Of a DNA stretch of 64,000 nucleotides, positions 27,401 through 41,448 are shown one piece after another. The stretch's first letter is position 1. Every line of letters starts with the position of its first letter. The notes beneath the pieces were generated by a model that was given only the letters and a program-made list of their open reading frames with translations, did not search any database and was not told where the DNA came from. The DNA is taken from NCBI GenBank assembly GCA_023231475.1, contig JALJEE010002055.1, positions 1 to 64,000 of the forward strand, written 5' to 3'. The position numbers and the translations under genes are program-made. The DNA is from Seison nebaliae (lineage: Eukaryota).

Positions 27401-30400
27401 GATGAAAATGTGCATCATAAAATGGTTGGTCTCTCGCTCCCAACAAACCGTCGTCGTCGTCGTCGTCGGTAGGAAAAACAAAATGGAAATTGAACAAATC
27501 AAGAAGATGTGGAAGTGGAGTTTGTCGGGTAGAGACTGGCGAATTGAAAGGAAAGAAAGAAAAAAATGCTTCTCTTGAAAAGCCTAAGGAGTGTCGTTTA
27601 TGTTTCCTCTCGTTAGATCGACTTCATTCCTTTCTCATTTCTTCCGTTCAAATTCATTTATTGTTATTCGTGAAAGCATTCTGTTTGTCTTACACATTGT
27701 CTTCTCCTTACACATATCGTCTTCGTCATCGTCGTCATCTTCGTTTTTCTTCTGTCATGGAGTCAAGTCAGCTGTGTTCGTGGGAAATTGGAGAGTGTGT
27801 CGAATATCGATACGATTAAAGAGGGGGAGAGATTTGGGAATAAGAAATTATTCGAATAAACGATAAGTTTCATCTGCATTTCTTCTCCCCGATTAACAGG
27901 AAATTCTCCTTCTTTAACAACTAGACATAAATTCCTTCATAATTTTCATGCAACCACATCATCTCACAATTGCACAACAACAGACGAACATTTCCATCAA
28001 TTTGAAGAATATGACATGAACAATTGACAGAATTGGCATTAACATCTCTAGAAATTGTGTTACAGAAAACGAGAAAGATCAATAGTACCTGATGGTGATA
28101 GTGATGGTGTTGATGGTGTTGGTGGTGGTGGTGGTGAGAGAGGAGATGAATGGAAACATGATGGAAGAATTGATTTGAATATTTTGACATTAACAGATGC
28201 ATTTTGCCGCAATATCATTATGTTAGTTGGAGGAACTTCCTCCTCGTCGACTTCCCCGACAATCATATCAAATTATTATCGTTAGGAGTGATTGATATCT
28301 GATATTCATTCGGAATTAATAATTCCATCAATTGACGATGCAGATGTGGCTTATGAATCCACGGTAGGAGTATGGTCGACATCCTGCTGCCAATGTCGAT
28401 CGATGACGAATTTAATTTCGAACGACAAATTCGTCGCCTTCAACTAATTGAGAAGGAAAGAATTAATTTTCGTCAATAACATTCCCCTCCATCGGACTTC
28501 CCTCACACCATATATAAATTATATATATTAGTAATAAATTTCAAATATTCTCTTCGTCGGAGAGGATTGATGATGGTCGGAGGACAGGACGAATCGTCGC
28601 CTCGAATCAACTTCTTAATTTCTCAGTAAATTTGTTGTGAAACTGATTTTTTTGTCGGTGAGTCGATCGATGTGTTGGTGGAGTTGGAGACGACAAATGA
28701 ATCGTTTGGGATGGGAAAGCGTAAACTTTTGCGAGAAATGTCTCTATCGATATCATCTCTCTCATTATTACATCATCATCATCATCATCATCGTCACCAA
28801 TCTTTGATTGTTTGATTCGAATGGAAAATCGAATTTTCTGCATTTCCACAATTCGAACTTTAGAAAAAAGAAGTTTATGAACAACAGAGAGAGAAGAGGA
28901 GGGACGGGGAGGTAAAAAAAATTTAGAAAGATTTACATGCACAACGTTCTTGTTACATAGAGACCGTTCGCTGAAACCTTTTCTTCTTTTATTATGATAT
29001 TTTGTTGATCTAATGACTCTTATTCGAAAACAAACTTCACTTATTTGCCTTCACTTTCCCCAACGATTTGTTATGCAATTACTTCTTATCAAATATCCTT
29101 TAGATCTCTATTATTCCTCCTTTCTCTCCTTCCCCTTCCCCTGCACTCGCAATGCGAGTAAATCGAAACATTTATCTTTATCCAATTCCTCTCATTCTTT
29201 TTCGAAACATTTAGTTCGATTCAACTCTGCTAATACGACGATAATGGTGTATATAGATGACGTCAAACCGATTAGATTTCTCTCTTGGTGGCAGTTAATG
29301 TTCATGTGTTGTGGGAGAGAATGGTTCGACATGAGAATGGTGAGAAGTGATTGAGAAATGGTTTCATTCGATATTCTTTCAATATGTCGACGTGATGTCT
29401 CACAAATATGGAAACATTCTCTCTAAAACGACTCGACAGGAGAAGATTAAGAAGATTTCATTGAATGGAACATGTTCATGAATAAATGTATCCAATTTTG
29501 AGTAGTTGGTGACGAAGAATCGTTTCCTTTTTATTGACTGATGAATTGGGAGAAGAATAAATGAATGGGATGAATGTGATGGATGGATTAATAGCTCATT
29601 AACTTACAGGAAATCTCATTAGAAAATAAAATTGAAGAAATTATTCAATTGATTTTTGAAAATTCCTTCATCATCTCCATCCATCGAATGGAATGGAAAT
29701 AATCGTCATTTTCCATTTCTTCTTCCGATTTTTGAAGTAGAACTCCTTCATCAGCCCTCCGACTGGAGACTAATAATGAAGAATGAACATTGAGAATCGT
29801 TTCGGTATCCGTCCTCCATCTCTCCATTAATTTCCTCGACAATAAATGAATGGAATCGTCTGGAAATAATATTTTAATGAATTCTCTTCATTTGATTTCC
29901 GTCCGTCTTCCTCCATTTATGGAACGTATCATTTCATTCCTTAAAGTCCAATTAATGTCAATAAATCATCGGGATAGCTGCTCGAAAATAATTCCCTTCC
30001 ACCATAATAACGGCATTAGATCATGACATTCATCAATTGATTCTCTCAACTTCTCTTTCTTCGCACATTCCACTTCTCACGACTATTAATGATATTGGAA
30101 TTATTCATCAGGTGTATTATTCGACATACAACTCTCATCACACCACCATTTCCTTGTCGCTCAGAAAAGAATTTTTGGGAGAATGAAATTTGAAAAATCG
30201 ATAAAATTTATTAACTTGATGAAATTTGAGAGCATCTACTCAGAGACTAGTTGAGAAAATCGATACTGTTAATAGAAACCTAATTTAACACGACACGACC
30301 AATATGTGTCATTATGATAAAATTCCGAGAAAAGAATTCGGAGAGAAGAATTCGGAGAAAAATTATTTCTCTCATTCTAATTGAACATTAATTAGACTTT

Positions 30401-32499
30401 ACAGAAGAATTTGAAGAAGCATTCCCTAAACGAACGACTATTCTTCTCGACGTGCATTTCCCATGCACTTAATGAATATCAGCAAATTCATCTTTCCACT
30501 CAATTTAATTACAAATATAAAATTTCACATTCTTCTTATTAATTACCTCAATTCTCTCCCTCTCTTTCTCTTTCTCGAATAATCGACGACATTGAAAACA
30601 ATTCAAAGAATATTGAAGATAATAAAGGCATCAAACAAATTCTTTTGCACTGATATTTCTCTCTCGTCAATTCTCAAATTTCTTTTTTATTGCTTCGAAT
30701 TTTGTTAAAATAAGAAATTAGAAAACACTAAAAATGCTCGGAGAAAATCGAACTTGAATTAAGTGTAAATTGAGAGAATTAAAATTTCTTCTCAAACTGT
30801 TTTGGAGAACGAACCAGCAATGATGACGTGGGCAATTCGCCTTCATTTGGCCAATGTGAATGAATTGTAAATATTGGAATTGCGTTGGGGAGAACTATCG
30901 AAGAAGTGAGCTGATGAAATGTATTCCAAACACCGAAAAAAACTGTTCGGTTGTTATGTAACATAGTCGTTTAACTTTTTATTTCACCGTTAAATTTCCA
31001 TCGGTAATTTCCATTCTCTTCTTCTTCGCTAATTTATTCATGAACTAATTGTAGTAAAACGAAGAAATGAATAGGAAAGTTCATCATGCGCACATATATC
31101 GAATCGTATCTCAAATTCCTGTTGAACATTAATAAATGTTCTCCTCCCAAAAAAAAAGAAACTTGTTTTCTATGGGAATTCACAATCATTCTCTCATCGT
31201 TCAAATGAGAAGTGAGTGGACTACTATTTGGGAAGACTAATCAGAAAACAGAAAAAAATTCTCTCAGTCACGTGGCTGGAGGGACTTCTTCATTTTGTGC
31301 ACGAAAAAAGAAAAAATGCACAAAAATTAAGTGGAGAATTGAAGAGAATAACCGAACCATAAATTCAAATAAGAATACTGTAAAAATGGAAATGTTAATT
31401 GAAACTCGGTTCTTCACAGAACGATGTTTTCTCTCGTCCTTTCAAATAACCCGTTTACCTCATTCAATAATTTCCCAATTTTCCACCTCAACAATTTCAT
31501 TTTAGGGAATTTCGTTTCATTTAATAATCGAATTGTGTGACAAGTCTTAGCAACCAAACATCTGACATAAATGTTGGTGGTGACGGTGTAACATCTCAGT
31601 GAATTAACAAAAAAAAACTTCTCCATCAAACTTAAATCTGATATATTGTTAAATGTGCACTAAATGTGCACATTTTCCATTTGTATCTCGGAACATAGAA
31701 CATCTCAATAAGTTTCCAATAAGCTTGCTGAGGTTTTAGATTACAAGATATATTGTTAGTCTTCTGAATATTCTGAATTATTGAAATTTGATGGAAATGA
31801 TGATGGAAGTTCAAATTTCATTGAAATGTTGTAAGAAGAGACTAATGAATAATTTAGAGAATAAAATAAGGAGGAAATAAAAAATTTAGATTATTGAAAA
31901 TAAATAATTAACTATTTTAAATTTTATTTGATAGTTAAAAAACCATTCGGGGTGACGGGAATTAATGGATGATATTTATGGTACAATATGGCCTAAGGGA
32001 AGAAGAGGTTGACGATATGACTAAAAGAGGTTTCTTGGACGGAAATTACTAGACTGTGGGCATCTCATGACGGTGAGTGAGAAATGTATGGTTTATGATA
32101 AGATCAAACAGAAAATCGTTGAGGATAATATTTACAGAAAATAATAAAATGTCTTTTCGGGATGGATGATGAAACAATAAACTTTGTTAATTGAGAACGT
32201 CATCGTGAGTGGGAAAAGAGAAGTGAAATGTTCAGATGTGTTAATATGAAATATATTTGTGAATATGATCGTAGAGAGAGATAGAGAGAGAGAGAGATAG
32301 AGAGAGAGAGAACGTTGAAAATATGAGAATTTTCAATTGGACAAATAGCGAAAATCTTATGAGAATAAATTTCTTGTTGCATAAGATGAGGAGGAAGAAA
32401 TTGTCAGTTTTCATCAGACAATTCTCCGACTATTCTTCTGTGATGACATGGAATTCTCTTGCATATGATATGGAATGATATGGATCTGTTCGATTGAGT

Positions 32500-35400
32500 T
32501 CACTGAAAACCGAGAATGCGTTTTGCGATTCCGTTGAGTACGATATATTTGGGAGGAACGACTACTTCCGCTGGCCCGGTCCACGGTCGCCAGATGAGCA
32601 TTTGTGCGCTATTCGCGTTCGGTGGATAGAGTGCACAATTGGCGATTTTGACATTCTTTTTCAAAACTTCGGGCTGTTCCGGTATCGGATTGCTGACTAA
32701 TGACGCTTTTACTCCATGACTGCGACCGGCTGATGGTTCTATTTTTATTTCTAACTTCATTCGCCATCTCACCGTCTTCAAGAGGACGATGTGGCCGTTA
32801 ACTACGTCCATAGCGGCGAGCCATGTGTAGAAACTTTGATCGCGTCGAATGTTCGAGAGTCGAGGGACACGTTCGGTGGAGGTGGGAACGTCCCAAGTGA
32901 CATGTGGATAGAAATTGTCACTCATACTGATGGAGTGAGTGGTAGAGCTATTCTGTGGTCCTTTGATCGTCACCACTTCTGTCTTGCTACCATACCAGGG
33001 GTAATTCTTCCCGTCGGAATCACTAATCATAGGCTTTTCACCGGATAACAATTCAGGAAATTCCCAGCTCGAACTAGACGAAATAGAACATAAATAGAAC
33101 ATATGACATATGACATGTACATAAGTAAATGAAGGAGAAGAAAAGAAAATTGAACAATCCTAAATTACCATATTGATTGTAGAATTCCATATGAGTACAC
33201 GCTTGGATCCATCCCACCTTCCAAATCTCGTGCGCTTCAATCGGAGGGAATTTGAAAGTGGCCGCAGCCCTGCACGAAAAACAGTTTAATTTTCAAAATG
33301 TCATGAGATGGAATTAAAAACCGGAAATGTGGCGTTCGATATTTGAGGACGGCAGACGATCGTTCATCGATGGTGGTCGGTTTACTTTCGATTTTCACGT
33401 TTATACTCAGAATTTTCACGGGTAAATTGGCGGCTCGTTCCAATGAACGGAGTAAACTCTCCGCCTCCGCCTTGTGCAAATGGGAGAGTCCATGTGTCCC
33501 GGCGTTGGAGCGCGAACGTTTGTCTTTCTCCGTATAACCGGCGGTTGATGAGCCTTTACTTGACGTTCGATGATGCTTCGATTCGTGACGCCGATTTGTG
33601 GGCGATTCTAAGAAAAAATTATTTTAAAATTTATTTAGAATTATTTCATATTTAAAAAAGCCTAAAAGGACGAACCTCGATAAACATTGTTGTCGTCCAA
33701 ATTCCAGGAACTGGGTCGAACTTTGCGTCGGGCGCCCTGGCGAAGTGCCAATTGGTATTGTTCCATGTTGAAGTTCTGTCCGATACTTCCGTCAGGATTA
33801 ACAAATTGAACATTATTCGTAGCAATTATACAATCTTTGTGTGTGATGTTCGGGCCGACATTTCTCATCGCTTTCACCGTCTTCATTTTGCTGTAGATGT
33901 GACCCATGTCGATCTCAGTTCCGTTCCTGTCATGATGAGATTTAAATAGATTTCGATTCGTATTCCAAGAACACCGTTCACCCACATTGTATCTTGGAGA
34001 ATTGTTCTCAGTTTCTTTTCCGTTCGAATTTGCATAATTCCCATCTGAATTGGACAGGCAACTGTACCAGAACAATTCCTTCAGAGCAACATCATCATCA
34101 TCATCATTATCATCATAATCAATATCATTCTTCTTCTCATTGTCACGCTCCTCCTCATTCGTCTCATTCATACAATTAGCATCGTCATTCTCTTTATTGT
34201 TCATTGAACGTTCATTCTCGTTGACAATCAACTTCGTCAATTGACGACTCTTTTTACTTCGATGCAATTTGACGTTCGGACATTCGCTGGCACTTCGATT
34301 CCGATCGATGATCAAATGTAATTTCGAACATTTCTTCATATAAATCTTCTTCGAACAACCAACCTCCTCATTGACATTCAACAGATTATTGGTTGATAAT
34401 GTCAACGGTTTTCCTCGAACGTCATTTTCACTCGAATCATTCGGCAGTCGTTTGGAGAGGGTCCGATAGAACTTCTTCATTTGACGATCGCCATCCTTCG
34501 AACGATGGAGTCGATTAGACGAGGACACTTGCGAATCCATATCCGTCTGCTGACGATTTATGAGAATTCGATGATAATCCTGATTCTTCGTCGATTTGCT
34601 CGATGACGGATAGAGATGATGTTGACGAAGTTTCTCATCCACATAAGTCTTCTTCAACAACTTCTCTTCCATTCTTTTTTGACGACGACAATGGATGGAG
34701 GAGGCAGTTATCGACGATTGATAACTATTTTGTCTTTCATTCGAATTCAATTGAGAATACGGATGGAGAATTTTATCGACTTTGGGAATGGCGAAAAGCA
34801 TCTGATCCACACAATGCTGATGGAATTGCATGGGAGATGCGGAGTCGGTGGACGTCGCTTCATGCCACTGATCCACCATCTTCGGTTGTTTCATCGTTAT
34901 TTTGGGACTATAAAGATTGTCGCATTTTTTCGATGTCTTTATCGCAATCGGAGATTTGGGACATTCTGTTGAACAATTCTTCAATTTGATCGGACTATTC
35001 CGCCTTCAAAGATAAAAATGACAAACAAAAAGAAAGATGATAGTGAAAATATTCGGACGGGAGAGACATTTCGAGGGAAGTTTTTTTTGGAAAAAGAAAA
35101 TTCTCCTAAATTTGGAGATATTTAACTCGGACGACGATAAGCTAAAGCTGATTGGACTTTCATTTTTTCTCATTTTAAACTCACACGCGATTAAGAGAGA
35201 AAGTTCTCACTAGAAATGAACCTGTTATTGTTATTGTCGTTGAATGCGGGTTCTTGTTGAGTTGAGTCCGATCGAAAGACTTGACCTGTGGGCTGATAAG
35301 GTTGTAGAATATGTCCGTACTTCGTGAAGAAGGATTCAACGTATTGTCCGTTGTCGTTGGATAGGGCGGGTGGATAAACAGATGACTGCAACAACAAAGA

Positions 35401-35986
35401 GAATTATTGTAGTTGAAACGCCTCGTGTAACGTAGTAGATTGTGAAGGGATTTGTTGTAAAACGAGGTTGAACGAAAAAAAGAAATGAAAAAATTCGAAC
35501 AATAATTTTACAGTCACATTCAATTCGAATAGATTAAATGCAAATGAAAATTATGTATTCGCTACTTTGGTCTAGTCGTGCGGCCGTTCAAATAGAGGAG
35601 ACGAAAGAAAAAGAAATTGAAAAGGAAAAGAAATTAAATGGAAATGAAATTCAGGTTGCCCTTCTTAAAAACAAACAACTCAATTTTGATTGCTCGTTTT
35701 TCTTCTTGTCTCCCTATTCATCAATTCCCGAAGAAAATTTACAAACCATCAACCGTTTCCGTCTGAGATCGGAGGATATGGAATTGCTGTCTCTCCCACT
35801 CATCTTCTTCTTCTTCTTCTCCCCATAGATCGAGGTGGTCTTCGTCGGCTTCTCGTACTTGTAGTTCGTCCGTTCACTGATATGTCGCATCACGCCACAT
35901 TCGTCCAGGTATTGGAGACGATTCGAATTGTTCGTATTCGCATTCACTTTACTCCTTTCGCCACTCATGCCACTGTAGGCGCTCAT
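32500..35986 (-). CDS. FAM78: FAM78-family protein with a long low-complexity N-terminal extension
   Basis: C-terminal domain PTTIDERSSAVLKYRTPHFRA..WKVGWIQACTHMEFYNQYG..SSWEFP..ISDSDGKNYPWYG..MSDNFYPHVTWDVP..RRDQSFYTWL..PNANSAQMLIWRP matches FAM78A/B. Firm introns: 33074-33155, 33270-33321, 33608-33675. Tentative upstream introns: 35004-35221, 35386-35746. Start codon uncertain. Confidence 0.88.
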
Positions 35987-38900
35987 TGTGGTGGACGGGG
36001 GTGGGTTAATGGTGGTTTGAGGGCCTTCCCGACGACCGTTCACGGAGAAGGCGAACAAATGTGAAGAAACGAATTTGATGATGAATTGATGATTTCTTTA
36101 CTATTCATAACGAGTCAAATTGTCGTCGTCCCACCATTCAAATCGACTTTCAAATTAAAGTAAAGGAAATGAAACTAGAAAATCTAATCTCTAAACGAAG
36201 AAAGAAAGAAATGAATGAACTTAATTGGAGAGAGATGTAATTCAATCTACTTACCCAATAAGTTGGCATGGGAGTTTGCGACATTCTGCCCCACCGCACT
36301 AAAATTAGTTAGTTACCTTGAATGAGAAAGAGCACTCACGAATGGAGAATGGACGAGGAGAGATATTCGACAAATCAACAAATCGTCTGGAGAGTAGTGG
36401 TGGCGGCGGTGGTGGTGCTGGTGCTGGTGAGTGAGTGAGAAGGACAATTGAAAATTGAAATACAAATCAACTTTCTCACACCACAAGGATGAAGTGCGTG
36501 TCGGGCAGAAAGTATCAATTCAGCTAAATCGACGGTGTGAGTAACAAAAAATTGAAAAATTTTGTTCAAATCAATCAATTCCTTTCTACTTTATATGAAA
36601 AACTTGTAGTTCGTCTTTTGCTCTGCCTCCCTAAAATATGTGACCGAAATCGATTTCGATTTATCTCAATCACAAATGAATAAATGACGAGACTTGTAGA
36701 TGGATTTTGTCTATTTCACACGAATGGATTGAGAGGTGCTCAATTGGAAATGGTCGAAATTTATAAATAAATTTTTGATTTTCATTTTTCACATTCCTTC
36801 ATTACTTTTCCGAATTCCTAACAATTGGCATTCCTCCCAACGTCACCGGGTGAATCTGTTCGAAGTGATGCTGCTAACGGGAGACGATCATGAACTGATC
36901 TGGGAAGAGACGAATGAATAACATTCCTATCGACTACCGGACGAGATTGAGTCGCTCTTGTCAATTCGCCTCGTGTCAACAACCTAATCAGGTAGACGAG
37001 AACGTCCGTGGCGATGTGGCCTCATTACACGCGTGCGTATTAGTTGTGTAGTAAGAGAAGGGCGAACAGTTTATGATTGGTTGAGATGATTAGAAATGAT
37101 TGAAAAGTTTATAAACATTTCGATTGCTACATTGTTAAGAAATAATCAGAAATAATTAATAATTGGTGAAGAATTGAATATACTTCACACTACGATCAGT
37201 GGCAATCCCTCAATATATTCGACGACGGTTTCAATGTAAATGTGACGTCATGTTGAATGTTTCGTCTCATCCATCCATCCATCATCATTATTATCATCAT
37301 CATCATCATCATCATCATCATGCTTATCATTATCATCATCACCATCATCAATATCAACTCGACGATGCCATTTAATTGGAGGGAGATGCTGAAATAGAGA
37401 ATTTGAATTTGGAAAAATTTTATTTATTATTTATTTGTAGAATTCGCGCATTTTTTCTTCTTCCACCAAATGTGGTGAGGAGATGAATATTTATACATTC
37501 TCAACTGCTCATCATATTGTTATAAAATTATTTCGATGATGGAATTCATTTCCATCAAAATAATTTCCTCACCGTCCTCCATCTCGTCGTTAACGGTTAA
37601 AGAGGTACACATATCACAAATAGAACTGACAGAAAAAAAACGGTTTTCCAAGAATCTAATAATAACTTCTTGTTATATTCATGACAAGATTGATCGATAA
37701 TTTTGAGTTGATGGTGACGGTGATGGTGGTGATGATAGTCGTCATATCAACATAGAGCGTTGGGGGAGAAATATTTGGTAGAGACGAAATTAGATGAAAA
37801 GCTGATGCATTCCTAAATATGTACACCACAAAACAATCAACATATTCGTCGACAATGACATCGCTGAATGAAAATGATATGTAATGGGAGAAAGATGTGT
37901 ATGTCCTTCGATTGAGGACATGTCAAAGCCGAAGACGATTGTCAAGGATATCTCCGTCCAATATACGCTCTATCTCTCGTTTGTATAATGGGGAGGATGG
38001 TGAGAGAATGGATTCAATCCCAATCTCAACTGTTAGACGTTAAGTGAATTCTTTTGCACAATATGAATGTTTAGTGGGCAATAGGATCTCGAACGATTTT
38101 CAAAAATTTTCTCCATTCGATTATTAGCGAAGTAGATTAGTCGATACTAATCTCTCGTAAAAGGATTAAATGATAAAAATCGATAATTCGATATTCTCTT
38201 CCATTCATTTCATTATCATCATTCATGATAAATCAATTGATTTATCGGAACTATATAAATTATTTTAAATAATGAACAATTTAGTTAATTGTCATATTGA
38301 AAAAGAAATTGACAATGCGGTGTGATGGGAGGGGAGAGTGTTGAAGAATAAATAAATCGTTAAAATCAAAATCAGATGGTATCGAAATGATGACATAATA
38401 TGTGGCATTCTGTCCAAGAGAGACGATGGTAATGAGATAGTACAATAAAAGACTAGTCACCTCTCGAAACGCATCGATCATCAATGGGAGTGGAGAATAT
38501 ACAAAGAATTCTCTTCGAATGTTTCCAAAGTAGAAGATCTTTCCCAAACATAACACGAGTTATTCTCACCTGCTAATCTTGAACTAATACGGAACTTGGA
38601 TTTACGGAAAAAAAGCGTTACGAACCTCCCTTCCATATCAATGTACACAAATCACTTATTTTTCGAATGAACTTCTCTTCTCCCCGTTTTTGTAGCGTTT
38701 GTAGATGATTAACTAAACGTCTATCTCTCCCAATCTCGACTATCTGTAAGTAATGGAGAAGTAGTCGAGAAGGGATAGTTGGAATAATTGGGAGGAATGA
38801 AATCCATCGATGAATTTAACGACGAATTATAATAAATTAGTAAAAGAAAAAGATGATCTATTCAAATCATTAAGAGCCATCTCTATCATGTCTCTTATCT

Positions 38901-39389
38901 CTTATACCCTTCTCTCTCTCTCTCTCTCTCTTCTCGTTTGATAACGTCGTTGAGAAGTTTCTTCTTCAAATCTTCTACTTCATTCACTTCAAATTCCTTC
39001 ATTTCCCCCTTCTCATTCTCACCCCACCTCCCGATCACTTTCATTCAATATTGACTAGTAATGATATTTGTTCGATCAGCAATTCCTCATTCTCCATTTA
39101 GATAAAGTTTAATGTTTGGTAAATGGTGAATGAATTGACGAGATTCGACGAATCAGTAACATCATTTCCATCTCGAAACTTCCATCACATTCATTCTCCC
39201 TATTCCTCTCCTTCCTTTCTCATTTTATTTCAAATGATAAATTTTATTCTTTGTAATTTTAATGTGAACAAATTAAATATCGTGTTTCTCTCATCTTCAC
39301 TCTCATCGTTACGGTAAGAGAGTCGTTCTCTCCCTTCTCCCAATCCGTTATACGAATCATGAATCATACGTCAAACGTATGCCATCTTC

Positions 39390-41448
39390 TCACAGATAAG
39401 TGTCAGTCATTGAACCGTCGAACGGTGATAATTCTTTCAATGTGAATTGTTCAGTCGCGTACGCGCTAACGGTGAATAGACCGATATGATTTGGTTGGAA
39501 AGTCGAAGGTATCAAAACATATTTCCCACCACTCAACTTGAATCGATCTGTTATTTGTGGATAGTTGATGAAAGTGCCAGACGAGCCGATTTCCTTCGTC
39601 GAACTTAAGAAACCTCCTCCGAGACGAGTGGAAAAATCGGACGGTACCTAAAACGAAAATTTCACAATTTCCACAATTTCCACAATTTTCGCCCAGCATA
39701 AAATTCAAACTTGATAGAGTAGAAATCCGATTTGTTTCAGCCCAACACTATAATTGGACAAATGTCTCTCTTGCGTCAATGAGATAATGAGGATCGTTTC
39801 ACGTTCATCTAATTAACATTTCAGGGAATTAATGAGATATTTTCATAAGTTGATATTGGAAAAATTTCAACTTTCCTCCATTCGAATTTCAAATAAAAAT
39901 TGAGGATTTGTTACAAATCGATTCATATCGTTGCGACAACCGCCAGCGGAAACATCCGTTTCCCATCGACTCATCAGGAATCTCATCGATCGATGGGAGT
40001 CAGTTCTGCCGTCTTTATCGAAATCAGGATTGATGGTACAAATCGTATATTCGTCGAAGGATTTATTGAAATCTCTATCGCTCATCCAGAAAGCTCCATC
40101 GGCCACTCTCTGTTGAATGAGACTCTCAATTTCTTCCTTCTCGTCATTCCTGATCAATTTCCAATGTTTATCACTACAGATAAAATTGGAAATAGAATTT
40201 TAAAATTTTAAAGTTTCACAGTTTTAAACTTGTCACTCCAATCGCCTTTCCATTCCGTTTTATTCGCCCACGGATTCCTCACACATACCAACACACACGT
40301 CTTATTACTCAGATGAACGTTATGGACGTGGAGAATTGTATAAGCATGACCGGCCACTAGACCGTTCGATAAAACGGATTCACCTCTCGATTTCTTGTTT
40401 GTAACGGAGGCGGTGACGAATGCACCGTCATCAAGTGAATTCCTTAAAATTTCCACTTCTTTCGAATCATGTCGTTCCGTCAATCCCCCACTCAAATGGA
40501 CGAGAGCCGTCATCGATAATCCCCCAACGATATTCGCATATGATCCATATAATCTGATTAGGAAAATTTTAAAATTATTTCAAATGATATTTTATCGAAT
40601 TATTTATTAAATGAAATTATTGAAAAAAAATTTAAACTTCGCATACGCTTTCTCGATGTAACTGATCCAGAACTCATCATTTCCTCTCGCATAAATTAAT
40701 CGACCGTTCTTTGATGGTAAACGATCGTCGATCACCACCGAATGCCATTTACCATAAATCCAGAAATGAACGATGATTATTCCACGATAACCAGAACCGT
40801 ATAATGGTTGATCGAAAGGAAGAACTTTAGTGAGAATTTGTTCTTCGCGCGCAATCGCTGCACAAGCGGAAATTAACCAACAATCCCCGAGATTTCCTTG
40901 TATTACGTCGGAAGGATTGATACCGTCAACGATCAATTTCGGTTGTTCAATCACTTGCTACTAATGTGAAGAGGTAATGAAAGGAGAGAGAGAGAGAGAG
41001 AGAAGTGATTAACTGATGGTCGAATCCATTCGACATTTGAATTCCGATTATTCGTATTTAATAAACGATCATTTGGAACGAATTGTGGATCGACGAATAA
41101 ACCATCAGAATCGAGATTATCCTTCAAATTCTTCTCAATGAACAATTTGTCCTCGTCACACAGACTACCAGATATTGATTCGAATTTAATGACGTCATTA
41201 TCATTCACCAGATCGATGGGCTCTCTCGATATTTCAAAATCATCATCCGGTTGTTTGATGGTTATATTATTGGTGTTGTCATGACGACCATCATATTTCG
41301 GTTTGTTATCTATCGTCTTTTTCGGCCATTCCGGAATAATTCCTTCAATGGCCTTTATCGGATTGATGGTGTATCGACCACCGTTTGGTGATGTTCGGTT
41401 ATTCCGACCACCTAGAACTCCCAACAACACCTTACAAATACAATTCAT
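39390..41448 (-). CDS. Calpain (CysPc + domain III/CBSW, no penta-EF-hand), 6 exons
   Basis: FVDPQF, QGNLGDCWL (Cys), VVIDDRLP, EKAYAKLYGSY, GLVAGHAYT (His), RNPW (Asn), AGGCRN, NPQF, GKYVLIPSTF. Introns 40958-41013, 40554-40637, 40174-40229, 39809-39871, 39648-39710, all with GTT donors. Confidence 0.93.

Noticed and set aside
31500..32100. Compositionally distinct segment with an aaatgtgcac..gtgcacattt palindrome, possible transposon relic
   Set aside because: No convincing transposase or RT motif and no terminal repeats found.
33160..33175. Apparent canonical GTAATT donor in FAM78 (caatatg|gtaattt, minus strand)
   Set aside because: Homology requires YG-x-x-G-x-SSWE. Reading through GNLG and splicing at GTTCAA (33155) restores GFSSWEFP in frame, so the GTA is exonic.
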